This document shows, piece by piece, positions 18,714 to 27,899 of a stretch of 63,325 nt of DNA. Each line of letters opens with the position of its first letter. The stretch's first letter is position 1. Under the pieces are notes generated by a model, which saw only the letters and a list, made by a program, of their open reading frames with translations, did not search any database and had not been told where the DNA came from. Source of the DNA: an uncultured Eubacteriales bacterium (lineage in GTDB: Bacteria > Bacillota_I > Bacilli_A > RFN20 > CAG-288); the NCBI GenBank assembly GCA_900316035.1, contig ONBI01000016.1:1-63325 (forward strand). Direction: 5' to 3'. Both the position numbers and the translations under genes were made by a program.

Positions 18714-20453
18714 ATGGATAAACGTGCACTGTTCTTTTCTCTGCTTTGCTTCTCTTTGATTTCCTGTACGAGTAAAAAGGATTCTTCCTCTTCTCTACCT
18801 GCTAGTGACAATAAAGAATCCTCGGTTTTTTCTTCGGAACCGGATAAAGTTTCTTCTTCGGAAAAAGAGAACACTTCCCGTGTCTCTTCTTCCTCTCCGA
18901 TTTCGGATTCTTCCTCTTCCTCTTCTTCTCTTCCTACTTCGGGAGATGGTGTTACCTTTGAAGGAAAAGAAGAACAGATTGCTCTTTCTTGGTCTAAGGA
19001 AGAAGGAGTCACCTATGAGGTTTCCTATAAAGAATCTTCGGCTTCTTCCTATACTTTCTTAGATACGGAAGCAATTCAGGAAGAAGGAGCAAGGATCCTT
19101 GGACTAAAGAAAGGAACCTATGAAGTAAAAGTAATAAGAAAGAAAAACGGAACCGAAGAAAAGAACATTACCAAAGAAGTAGAAGTCTCTTCCTTGGATC
19201 GTTCCGGTTATGCTTTCTTTCAAAGGAACGAAGGCGTCGGCGCCTATAACTTGGATGGTACCTTGAAACAAGAAGCCATTGTTCTTTATGTCACCGAAGA
19301 AAACAAGAACACGATTTCCTATGGCTCCTATAAAGGACTTGTTCCGATTATCCAGGCTTCCAAGAAACTGAAGAAACCTCTTGATATCCGTCTTACTTCT
19401 TCGATACAGACAAATCAATTCAAAGCGAAAAACTCTTCCTCTTATTCGACTTCCCATACGGTTTATGACTATGGAGGAGAAGCTTACTTCACCAACGAAA
19501 AAGAGACGACCTATACGGAACTTGACGGTTTAACGAGCTGGGTCAAAGGCCCATCTTCTTTGAATATCCAAGGAAACGGCTATACCTACAAAGGAGTCTC
19601 TAAAGCTTCCGATACCGATTCCTATTTCAATATGGCCGATATCGATAGTGCCAAAGATGTCACGATCGAAGGGGTCGGAAAAGGAATACAGATCCATAAC
19701 TGGGGCTTCACCTGGAAGAAATGCTCTTCGATTGAAGTAAGAAACCTCACCTTCGCCGATTATCCGGAAGATGCCTGTTCCTTCCAAGGAGGAAGCAATA
19801 CGGACATGGATTACTCCTATTACTTCGTCCACCACTGCACCTTCGAAAAAGGAAAGAACAACTGGGACTGCACCGAAGAACAGGATAAACACGATGGCGA
19901 TGGAGCGATGGATCTGAAGTATCTTTCCGGATTCACGGCATCCTATAACCATTACCATAACGACCATAAGACGGGTCTTATCGGAGGAAGCGATAGCGCC
20001 TACACGAAAAACGTCACCTTCCACCATAACTACTATCAGTCCTGCTCTTCCCGACTTCCCTTAGGAAGAAGAGTCAATCTCCATGCCTACAATAACTACT
20101 ATCTTTCCTGTGGAACCTGTCAGGATATGAGAGCTTCTTCTTATACCTTATCCGAAAAGAATCTCTTTGAATCCTGCTCCTATCCGCAGAAAGTATCTTC
20201 CGGAGCCGTCATCAAATCCGTAGGAGATTCCTTTGTCTCCTGTAAGAAAGCAAGTCAAGCTACTACTTCCACTAGAGAAGAGAAACTTACCAATACCTGT
20301 AAACCGGATGGAACAAGCGACTACTCTTCCTTTGATACCGATGCTTCTCTTTTCTATTACGATACCGTCAATAAAAAGAGCGATGTCACTCTCTTAGAAG
20401 ATCCTTCTACCTTAAAAACAACTCTTCCTTCTCTTGCCGGAGCGGAAGAATAG
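18714..20453 (+). CDS. lipoprotein pectate lyase (PL1 family)
   Basis: Lipobox FSLISC followed by a long Ser-rich linker. The catalytic region reads HDGDGAMDLKY...KTGLIGGSD...FHHNYYQSCSSRLPLGRRVNLHAYNNYY (the PL1 R-x-P-x-x-R region). Confidence 0.85.
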   Translation: MDKRALFFSLLCFSLISCTSKKDSSSSLPASDNKESSVFSSEPDKVSSSEKENTSRVSSSSPISDSSSSSSSLPTSGDGVTFEGKEEQIALSWSKEEGVTYEVSYKESSASSYTFLDTEAIQEEGARILGLKKGTYEVKVIRKKNGTEEKNITKEVEVSSLDRSGYAFFQRNEGVGAYNLDGTLKQEAIVLYVTEENKNTISYGSYKGLVPIIQASKKLKKPLDIRLTSSIQTNQFKAKNSSSYSTSHTVYDYGGEAYFTNEKETTYTELDGLTSWVKGPSSLNIQGNGYTYKGVSKASDTDSYFNMADIDSAKDVTIEGVGKGIQIHNWGFTWKKCSSIEVRNLTFADYPEDACSFQGGSNTDMDYSYYFVHHCTFEKGKNNWDCTEEQDKHDGDGAMDLKYLSGFTASYNHYHNDHKTGLIGGSDSAYTKNVTFHHNYYQSCSSRLPLGRRVNLHAYNNYYLSCGTCQDMRASSYTLSEKNLFESCSYPQKVSSGAVIKSVGDSFVSCKKASQATTSTREEKLTNTCKPDGTSDYSSFDTDASLFYYDTVNKKSDVTLLEDPSTLKTTLPSLAGAEE

Positions 20454-20459
20454 AAAAGA

Positions 20460-20693
20460 TCACTTTCTTCCGTTATAGGAGAAAGCACGATAGGCAATAA
20501 AACACCAAAGAAAAGGAAGAAAAAGAACAAAGGCCAAAACAAAAAGAACGATTGCCCAGACAAGATGAGCGACATAGGTGCCTTCCGTAGCCGTGAAATA
20601 GACAAGCAGTCCTAACCCTAGACTTCCTAGCGTACCGGCTAGAAATCCTAAGAGCATTCCTTTCGGTACCCAGTTCTTATAATTCGGTTTCAT
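20460..20693 (-). CDS. small two-TM membrane protein (possibly a truncated N-terminal module)
   Basis: MKPNYKNWVPKGMLLGF... with two hydrophobic helices. It resembles the N-terminal membrane module that I recall preceding some methyltransferase domains, but here it ends right after AFSYNGRK. Confidence 0.35.
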   Translation of the reverse strand: MKPNYKNWVPKGMLLGFLAGTLGSLGLGLLVYFTATEGTYVAHLVWAIVLFVLAFVLFLPFLWCFIAYRAFSYNGRK

Positions 20694-20712
20694 GAGTTCT
20701 CTTCTTTCTCTT

Positions 20713-21537
20713 TTAGGCAAGTACGACTTCCAAAACCATCATCAGAGAAAAACCGATGAGGAAGCTCCACATCGCAAAATGGGTGCAGCCGTCTTCCCTT
20801 GCTTCCGGAAGAACCTCATCGAGAGTGACATAGATCATGGCACCGGCCGCAAAAGAAAGAAGCCAAGGGGTGATCACTTCTAACTGTGCGAGGAAGAGAG
20901 CGGCTACTCCAAAAAGAGGTTCTACCGCTCCCGATCCGGTTCCGAATAAGAAAGCCTTGTTCTTTTTCATCCCATCGGAGAACATCGGGATAGAAACGGC
21001 TGCTCCTTCCGGTACATTCTGTATCGCAATACCGAGAGCAAGAGAAAAAGCCGAGTAGCATAAAGCGGCAACACCCGTTTCTCCTATATGACTTAAGGCT
21101 AAACCGCAGGCAAAACCGATAGCCAATCCTTCCGGGATGTTATGAAGAGTGACCGCTAAGAAGAAACGGAAGTTCTTTGATAAAGCGACATTCTTCGGAC
21201 CTTCTTCGACATTCTGAAGTTTATGGAAATGAGGGATGATCTTATCTAGACCATAAAGCAAGAAAGCACCGAGAAGAAAACCGACTAATGGGGGAAGAAA
21301 AGAAAAAGAAGCATAAACCGTAGAAGACTTGCTCTCTTCGATCGATGGCATCGATAGACCGAAGAAAGAAGCGGATATCATGATGCCACCGGCAAAACCT
21401 AGAATCAGTGCTTTCATCCTCGGACTTAAGGATTTCCGGAAAAAGAAGACGAAAGACGAACCTAGAGCCGTTGCGAAAAAGATCATCGAAAGAGAGATCA
21501 GAGATATAAAAGCAGGGTTATCCATGCGTGGTTCCAT
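20713..21537 (-). CDS. ZIP family metal (zinc) transporter
   Basis: HNIPEGLAIGFA and QNVPEGAAVS motifs and about 8 TM helices. ATG at 21535-21537 has GAGGAGG upstream. Confidence 0.85.
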   Translation of the reverse strand: MEPRMDNPAFISLISLSMIFFATALGSSFVFFFRKSLSPRMKALILGFAGGIMISASFFGLSMPSIEESKSSTVYASFSFLPPLVGFLLGAFLLYGLDKIIPHFHKLQNVEEGPKNVALSKNFRFFLAVTLHNIPEGLAIGFACGLALSHIGETGVAALCYSAFSLALGIAIQNVPEGAAVSIPMFSDGMKKNKAFLFGTGSGAVEPLFGVAALFLAQLEVITPWLLSFAAGAMIYVTLDEVLPEAREDGCTHFAMWSFLIGFSLMMVLEVVLA

Positions 21538-21730
21538 AAGAGGTTCCTCCTCGGGATATTATAGTTAGGCGAATCTAACTACGCAATCGGGATACACCTG
21601 AGAAAAGGAGACAATGTTCTTGCTTCCCCGATTATTAACTCGACACATTTCGGAAAAAGTGGTGTTCTTTCTACTTTTTTGAAAACCTACACTAAGGCTG
21701 CTCAAGAAAAGAAAGGAGGAACACAAAAGG

Positions 21731-22129
21731 ACTTTTCAAGAACAGATCAAGGATCGTTTAGAGACGGGATTCGGACACTGGAATCACGGGTATGAAGAAT
21801 GGCTTGAATGGAACAAGACTCTCTAGGAACCCGACGCCCATTACAACATCCCAATCCACGGGAAACAGACCCGCCTAACTCTCAAGCAGTATCAGGAAAT
21901 CTGCAAGGTCATGATGGATAACTTCGTGATCGATCTTCAGGGATTCGATAACATGCTGATTCAGAAGGACTGGGCTGCTATCCGCTACACCGTCAAAGTC
22001 ACTAACAGGAAAACCGGCGAATACTTCCTTCAGAAGACGATGGAATTCGTCCATTTCAAAGATAACGGTGGCACAATCGGTGCAAGAGTCATTGAAGGCT
22101 GGGCTTTATCCGATCAGACGTTAGCTTAA
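21731..22129 (+). pseudogene. NTF2/SnoaL-like protein gene with in-frame TAG and no recognisable start
   Basis: Frame 2 reads ...TFQEQIKDRLETGFGHWNHGYEEWLEWNKTL*EPDAHYNIPIHG...MMDNFVIDLQGF...IEGWALSDQTLA. The stop is at 21824-21826. A GGAGG lies at about 21716, but AGG stands where a start codon would be expected. Confidence 0.5.
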
Positions 22130-22268
22130 CTAAGCTAGATATCTTTTTACCGGGATCTTTCTGCTGAGGGAGGCCGGTATTTTTATTGGAACGTAAAAGG
22201 TGCAAGTAATGTGAACGGAAAACGTATTAAAAGGTGCAATTAATGAAGTAGAGTGACAACTTTTGTCG

Positions 22269-24962
22269 CTATGCTTTCAACAGGTCTTCACAGATTCCTG
22301 CTGAGATTTCATCGATATCGTTGATGGTGCTGATGTCGTTATTCCAACGGTCTAACCCGTAGCTTCCGAAGATGTAGTAATCCAATGCCGAAAGAAGAGA
22401 CGTCGTTCCATAGAAGGTATCGGTACTGTTCTCTTTAGAAGTATCTTCTACGACTTTGTTTACTGACGTTTTCTTATATCCGGCTTTGCTCATCCAGGTA
22501 TCAACTAGAGAGCTCTTTTCTTCTGCGGTGAGAGAAGTATTGTTAGCTCCTTCTTCTAAAGTAGCATAAGCTTTCAAAGCTTCTTCTTTTGTCGATTTCA
22601 TCAAAGTAGAACGCACCGAATCATAGGTCGATAAGAGAGCCGTAGAAGCCTCTTTCTGGAAAGAAGAGACCAAAGCTCCTTCGGAAAAACCATTCGATGT
22701 ATATCCACTTAAAAGGGATTCTAAGAAGGTGGAGTAATTCTCTTCGGTAAGTAAAGGAGCAAGCGAAGAGAACTTCTCTTTTTCACTTCCGCTTCCGTTT
22801 AATACCGAAAGGATGGCTTTTTCGATGAATTCGATTTGTTTCTTCTGAAGCGAAGCAATAGAGACTTCTTCGATGCTTGTTAAATCTGCAAAATTATCTA
22901 ACTCTTCTTTATAAGGAGAAAGAAGGATTCCTTCGTATTTCCCTTCTTTGCTTCCGAAGGCATTTTCACTTGGAAGATAGGAAGCAAAACTGAGAGAAGA
23001 GGACGAAGAAAGTAAGTCCCGGATCTCTTTTACACAGCTTAGATATTCTTCATAAGTCGTCGAAGATTCTCCTTCTAGTTTCTTTGCTTCCGCAAGGAGT
23101 TCTTTTGCTTTGGAAGTCAAAGAGTCGATATCTTTCTTCTCTAACGAAGAGACTTCGTCATAGAAAGTTTTTCCTTCCTTATCTTCTTCCAAGGCTTTCT
23201 CCCAGTTCTTATAGGAAACTAAAGAAGTAGAAGAGGAAGCTAAGATCTTTTTCGCATCGTCTAAAGAGAAAGCTTCTCCTTCTTTCAAAGAGCTCTTCTT
23301 GGTTTGGTAATCTTCGATTGCTTTACTAAGAACTTCTCTTCCTTTCTGATAAAGAGCAGGAATCTTCTCTTTATCGACATAGGAAGTAAGAAGAAACTTC
23401 GCATCGTCACTTAAGGAATCATAAGAAGCAACGGCATTATCCAAGGCTTCTTTTTCCGAAAGAGAAATATCCAAGAATCCGTTATAGGTATCTCCATCGT
23501 ATAAAGCGACATCCTTCTCAATCGGAGAAAGGAAAGAATAGGCTTCTTTACTGACTTTACTAAAACGGGAATTCTTCTCTTTTGCAGCATTTAAAGTAGC
23601 AGCACTATCTTCAACCGGATCTTCCGGAAGAGAGAAATTGATATGGATATACTGCTCACTTCCGGCTAAGGTGAACTCCGTATCGAAAGCGAATTTGCCG
23701 AAGTAGGAACCGGTCTCATCTTCGAAAGTAGTGAAGTGGATGGCAAACGAAGTGAAACTGAGATTCAGCAAAGAAATATACGTATTGAGAATCGGATAAT
23801 TTTCTACCAATGTATTCTGAATCAGGTTGCTGATCGAAAGAAGAGTCTCCTGATCTAAAGAATAAGTCAGATGCTGATACGTCTTATCGTCCTTTACTTC
23901 AGAACTTTTCGAAAGCTGGAAACCCTGTTCCAAGGCTTCTCCTAAGAGATAGATATAGGAAGCGTATTTTTCCTGATTCTCCTTAGGGATAAGATCTTCG
24001 TCATCGTCGATAAAGGATAAAGCGGAATTGACAAGAGTGAAGAAATCTTCCTTGGTTCCATTGGCGAGCAAAGAACTGAACGAAGTCGATAATCCGTTTC
24101 CGCTTCCGAAAGAAACGCTTCCTCTGGTTCTTGTTTTTTCGTCACTGACGTTATATTCGCTTAATCCGCGTCCTTCCCTATCCGAATAGAAAAGAAGAGA
24201 TTCTTCCTTTTCTTCTAACGCATTCTCTAACGCATCTCCGGTCAAGCCATCGACGGAAGTAGCAACATCCTTGAAGGAAGAACCTAATAACTTCCATCCG
24301 CTTGGAAGAGAAGCAAAAAGATTCCCAGGAAGAAAACTCTTGAACAGAGAAAAATCATCCGGAATATCGACTAGCTTCTTAAACCCGATCAGGTTATCTC
24401 TTCCCTGTTCGCTTTCACTTTTATTCTCGCTTGCGATTCCTTGATTCAAAGGAACTTCTATCGCTACTTGCTTATCTTTCCCTGAAGCCATCTCGCCTTG
24501 CTTTGTCTGATAGGTCAGAGATAGAGGAGCATGGATTGAGATCGAATCAAAACCCATCCCCAAGAAAGCAAGCTGGATATCGGCTTTGAGGGAACCTTCT
24601 CTTTTGACTACGCCGCTTCCTTTCTTATCTCTTACGGTTACTTTGATCTCTTTCTGTTTACTTCCGCTTGCTATGAAGATAGAGCATTCTCCTTCTTTTA
24701 CCCCTAAGACTCTTCCGTCTTTATCGACGGAAGCAATCAGAGGATTGCTGGAAAGATAAGAGATACTTTTATCACTGGCATTAGAAGGTAGAACACTTAC
24801 CTTCAGAAGCATCGTTTCTCCTACCCCAAGAGAAATCGAATCGTTACTTACTTCAATACTTTCTACCGGTGTATACGTAGAAGAACTATCTCCGTTACAT
24901 CCGCTCAAAGAGAAAAGAAGAAGTAGAGCAAGAGAGATTACTTTCCGTTTCTGCTTTTTCAT
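22269..24962 (-). CDS. large surface lipoprotein with N-terminal Big_2-like Ig domain and long helical region
   Basis: MKKQKRKVISLALLLLFSLSGC lipobox; ATG at 24960-24962 has AAGGAGGA upstream. The Big_2-like segment is ISLGVGETMLLKVSVLPSNASDKSISYLSSNPLIASVDKDGRVLGVKEGE. I do not recognise the rest. Confidence 0.7.
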   Translation of the reverse strand: MKKQKRKVISLALLLLFSLSGCNGDSSSTYTPVESIEVSNDSISLGVGETMLLKVSVLPSNASDKSISYLSSNPLIASVDKDGRVLGVKEGECSIFIASGSKQKEIKVTVRDKKGSGVVKREGSLKADIQLAFLGMGFDSISIHAPLSLTYQTKQGEMASGKDKQVAIEVPLNQGIASENKSESEQGRDNLIGFKKLVDIPDDFSLFKSFLPGNLFASLPSGWKLLGSSFKDVATSVDGLTGDALENALEEKEESLLFYSDREGRGLSEYNVSDEKTRTRGSVSFGSGNGLSTSFSSLLANGTKEDFFTLVNSALSFIDDDEDLIPKENQEKYASYIYLLGEALEQGFQLSKSSEVKDDKTYQHLTYSLDQETLLSISNLIQNTLVENYPILNTYISLLNLSFTSFAIHFTTFEDETGSYFGKFAFDTEFTLAGSEQYIHINFSLPEDPVEDSAATLNAAKEKNSRFSKVSKEAYSFLSPIEKDVALYDGDTYNGFLDISLSEKEALDNAVASYDSLSDDAKFLLTSYVDKEKIPALYQKGREVLSKAIEDYQTKKSSLKEGEAFSLDDAKKILASSSTSLVSYKNWEKALEEDKEGKTFYDEVSSLEKKDIDSLTSKAKELLAEAKKLEGESSTTYEEYLSCVKEIRDLLSSSSSLSFASYLPSENAFGSKEGKYEGILLSPYKEELDNFADLTSIEEVSIASLQKKQIEFIEKAILSVLNGSGSEKEKFSSLAPLLTEENYSTFLESLLSGYTSNGFSEGALVSSFQKEASTALLSTYDSVRSTLMKSTKEEALKAYATLEEGANNTSLTAEEKSSLVDTWMSKAGYKKTSVNKVVEDTSKENSTDTFYGTTSLLSALDYYIFGSYGLDRWNNDISTINDIDEISAGICEDLLKA

Positions 24963-24966
24963 GTTT

Positions 24967-26793
24967 TCAATCCTCCTTAGCAAGAGTGAAAGGAAGTTTC
25001 TTTCTTCCTTCCTTACTTTCAAACGACTCATCGACTAACGTCACTTCAAACGTAGGAGAATCCTTGGAAGAAAAGAAGAGATTCTTCTCTTCCGGAAGAT
25101 AAATCCGTCTTTCTCCGTAATAGATTCCATACGGGAAAGAAGAATTCCCCTTCTTCGGTAATCCGTTTTCAAAAGAAGCAAGAACAGTCTTCTTATCTCC
25201 ATCCTTCCAATAGAATTCCCCTGTGAAGGAATCCGAAGTAGAGACAAGATAATAACGGCTCTTATTCTCTTTAGACCCTCCGTAATTCGGATCTTCCTGT
25301 TTCAGAAGAAGATAAATCACTTCCGGAAAATGATTCTCTATCAGAGCAATTAGGTTATCCGAATTACCTTTTTCTAAGTCCTCCTTACTCTTCAAAGAAG
25401 AAACATTCAGGAGAGTCGGAAGAAGAGTAGGATCGGTTTGCTCAATCACATAAAGAGAAGAAAGAAGCATCTTCAGAGAACTCTTTTCTTCTTTCTCATC
25501 ACTCTCTGCTCCAATAACCTTCAATAACGAATCCAATAAAGGAGTAAGAACATTCACTAATCCCTCAATATCTCCGCTTTCATATGCAGAGAATAAAGAA
25601 GCAATTTCTATTATCTTGAAATAGGATGTAACAATCTCCTTACACTTTTCTAACGGGAAAACATACCCTTCATGGCAGAGTTTCGATAACACTTTGCTTT
25701 CTAAGGATTCTAAGTCAGTAACATAGTCGCCTCTCGATCCGACACCGAAAGAGAAAAGATCGAGAAGCTCTTCTTCATAAACGGAAAGAGAAGAGAGGGG
25801 ACGTAACGAAGAAACGTTCTTTCTCATCCCCTCGTAACTATCGGTTCCTTTTAAGGTGAAATCGTGAAGAGAAGAGGAAGAAAGTTCCGAATAGGATTTC
25901 TTCAGTTCGCTTACTGCGTCCTGATATTCCGGATCGGCTTTTTCCTCTTTCAGAATATGATCGACTCCAAAGCGTGTGAATCCTAAAGAAGCCATAGGGA
26001 GTTTCGGAACAATATCATCGGCATTGACGATATTGAAGATGTTGTTATAGTCCTCTCCTCGGTAGGTAGCTAATTCTTCTTCATTTTCTGCTTCTACGGT
26101 TCTCGGAGGTTCAAAACAATAGGCGTAGATATCATTCTTCGTCGCTGCGATCCTTCCTTTAAAAAGAGATTTCTTTTCGTTTGCCTCTTTATCAAAATCC
26201 GCCATCAGAAGATTAAGAACGCCACCGGCTCTTGAATAACCTGCTCCCCAGAGAAGCACATCTCCGGCGATATTATGGATCGAAAGATAATTCGCCATTC
26301 CTTCTTTTACTTTATCGGCGGCAATCCTGAAACCGAGATGCTCTTTCTCTTCTTCTCCGACTTTGACATTTCCTCCCCATTCGGAACCATATCCGCTTCC
26401 CCGGATCAGGATTCCTAATAGGGTTCTTCCTTTTACTTCCTTTTCGGATAAGACATAAGCGATCGAATCGGTATCGGTTTCTTCTTCATACCCATAGGCT
26501 TTGACATTCTCAAAACCTAAGTCTTCCAATAAAGAGACCGCTTTCGGTTCTTCTTTTTCTTTCTGGAAGGCCGAAAGCGAAAGAAGCAGTGAGCAGGTAG
26601 CTAAAGAAGGCTGATAGTTGCTTGCTTCTTTATCAAAATAAGAATCGGAATAATAAAGAGAAGTCTCTGCTTCTTTCTTTACTCCGCTTAAAGGAAGCGA
26701 AAAAGAAGTCGCTAAAGGAGTCTCTCCTTCCCCAGAGCAGGAAGAGAGAAACAACAGGAAGCTAAGAGAAACAAGAAGGCTCTTCTTTTTCAT
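24967..26793 (-). CDS. lipoprotein with class-3 lipase-like alpha/beta-hydrolase domain
   Basis: Lipobox FLLFLSSC. There is a nucleophile-elbow-like LWGAGYSRAGGVLNLL (G-Y-S-R-A, not the canonical GxSxG) and a lipase_3-like NIVNADDIVPKLP. Confidence 0.55.
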   Translation of the reverse strand: MKKKSLLVSLSFLLFLSSCSGEGETPLATSFSLPLSGVKKEAETSLYYSDSYFDKEASNYQPSLATCSLLLSLSAFQKEKEEPKAVSLLEDLGFENVKAYGYEEETDTDSIAYVLSEKEVKGRTLLGILIRGSGYGSEWGGNVKVGEEEKEHLGFRIAADKVKEGMANYLSIHNIAGDVLLWGAGYSRAGGVLNLLMADFDKEANEKKSLFKGRIAATKNDIYAYCFEPPRTVEAENEEELATYRGEDYNNIFNIVNADDIVPKLPMASLGFTRFGVDHILKEEKADPEYQDAVSELKKSYSELSSSSLHDFTLKGTDSYEGMRKNVSSLRPLSSLSVYEEELLDLFSFGVGSRGDYVTDLESLESKVLSKLCHEGYVFPLEKCKEIVTSYFKIIEIASLFSAYESGDIEGLVNVLTPLLDSLLKVIGAESDEKEEKSSLKMLLSSLYVIEQTDPTLLPTLLNVSSLKSKEDLEKGNSDNLIALIENHFPEVIYLLLKQEDPNYGGSKENKSRYYLVSTSDSFTGEFYWKDGDKKTVLASFENGLPKKGNSSFPYGIYYGERRIYLPEEKNLFFSSKDSPTFEVTLVDESFESKEGRKKLPFTLAKED

Positions 26794-27318
26794 GTCCTAT
26801 CGAATTTCCTTCGGCTCTATGTTAACCCCAGAACCTAAGAAAAGCATACGATTTCCAGAAGAACCGTTTCTCTCCATGGTTATTTTCTTTCTTAACCATG
26901 GCAAAGAAGTCTTCCTCTATTTCTAAAAGACGGGTTAGGAACATAGATATTTCTTCGACATCAAAGCGGAAATCGATACCTCGCCGGATACGGATATCTG
27001 TGTCATAGGAAGAACGAAGGAAATCAATATTAACAAATAGATGAATCGAAATCTGTAATTTCTTTAAAATCTATTGTTTTTATCGATAAAATTGAAAATA
27101 TCGGCTTAAAACTAAGAAAACAAGGGTTCTTTCTATGTTGGAAAAGTGCAAAAAACATAGCTTTTTCACGTTGGAAAACGGGACAATCTGAGCAAGAAAT
27201 CTTTACTTATGGAGCATTGATCGATTCTCCGATTTCGACATTTACCCCTCTCCGTGTTGTTCTTTCTTTTTCCTGGAAAAGCTTAAATAGAGCCGTAAAG
27301 AAAAAGAGGTTTCAACCA

Positions 27319-27470
27319 ATGAATACCGATAAAACGTATGCGGAGCAGATCGCCAGTGAGTATGCCCCGAAAAAGGAAAGCAAAGTCGTTGCTTTGAAAA
27401 AGCTCGATGCCAAAGCCAAAAGGCCGGCTTTGATCTTCGCCTATACTTTCGGAACGATCTCCGTTCTTTT
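27319..27470 (+). pseudogene. N-terminal fragment of a small conserved Firmicute membrane protein
   Basis: MNTDKTYAEQIASEYAPKKESKVVALKKLDAKAKRPALIFAYTFG matches a family N-terminus I recall. After about residue 50 the frame runs antisense to a better-looking minus-strand ORF. Confidence 0.3.
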
Positions 27471-27899
27471 CTCTTTCTTCTTCGGTATAGATCGGATAGA
27501 AAATCGTATGTTCTTTCTTCACTTCGTCATAGAACTGATTGAGAATCGAGGCGGTTCTTTCCGGATGGAGATTGGTATAGCAAGGAAAAACCTTTGAGGA
27601 AGAGACTTCTTCCAGGGTCATTTCCAAAGAGATTCAAAGCGTAATAAGTGGAAAAAGGAGGGAATAGTAATCTCCAAACAGAGGCTCGAAAAAAACATCC
27701 TGTACGGTGGAAGATAAAGAGAATCGTTCTTCTTTCCCTGGAACCATTTTCCTCATCCTTTCTAAGGACATCTTTTTCCTCCCAAATAGGATAGAAGAAA
27801 ACACCTAACATTTCATCCTCGGAAAGAAGATAGAAGCAAAACTTCCTCTTTTCTTTTCCATCTCTATCCCTTAAAGTAGTCCCATTGAGGAAAAAGGAA

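Noticed and set aside
18563-19012. 149-aa Glu-rich minus-strand ORF opposite the start of the pectate lyase gene.
   Set aside because: It is the antisense reading of the Ser-rich (tct/tcc/tcg) linker of the lyase gene. Poly-Ser codons read as poly-Glu/Arg on the other strand. A typical shadow ORF.
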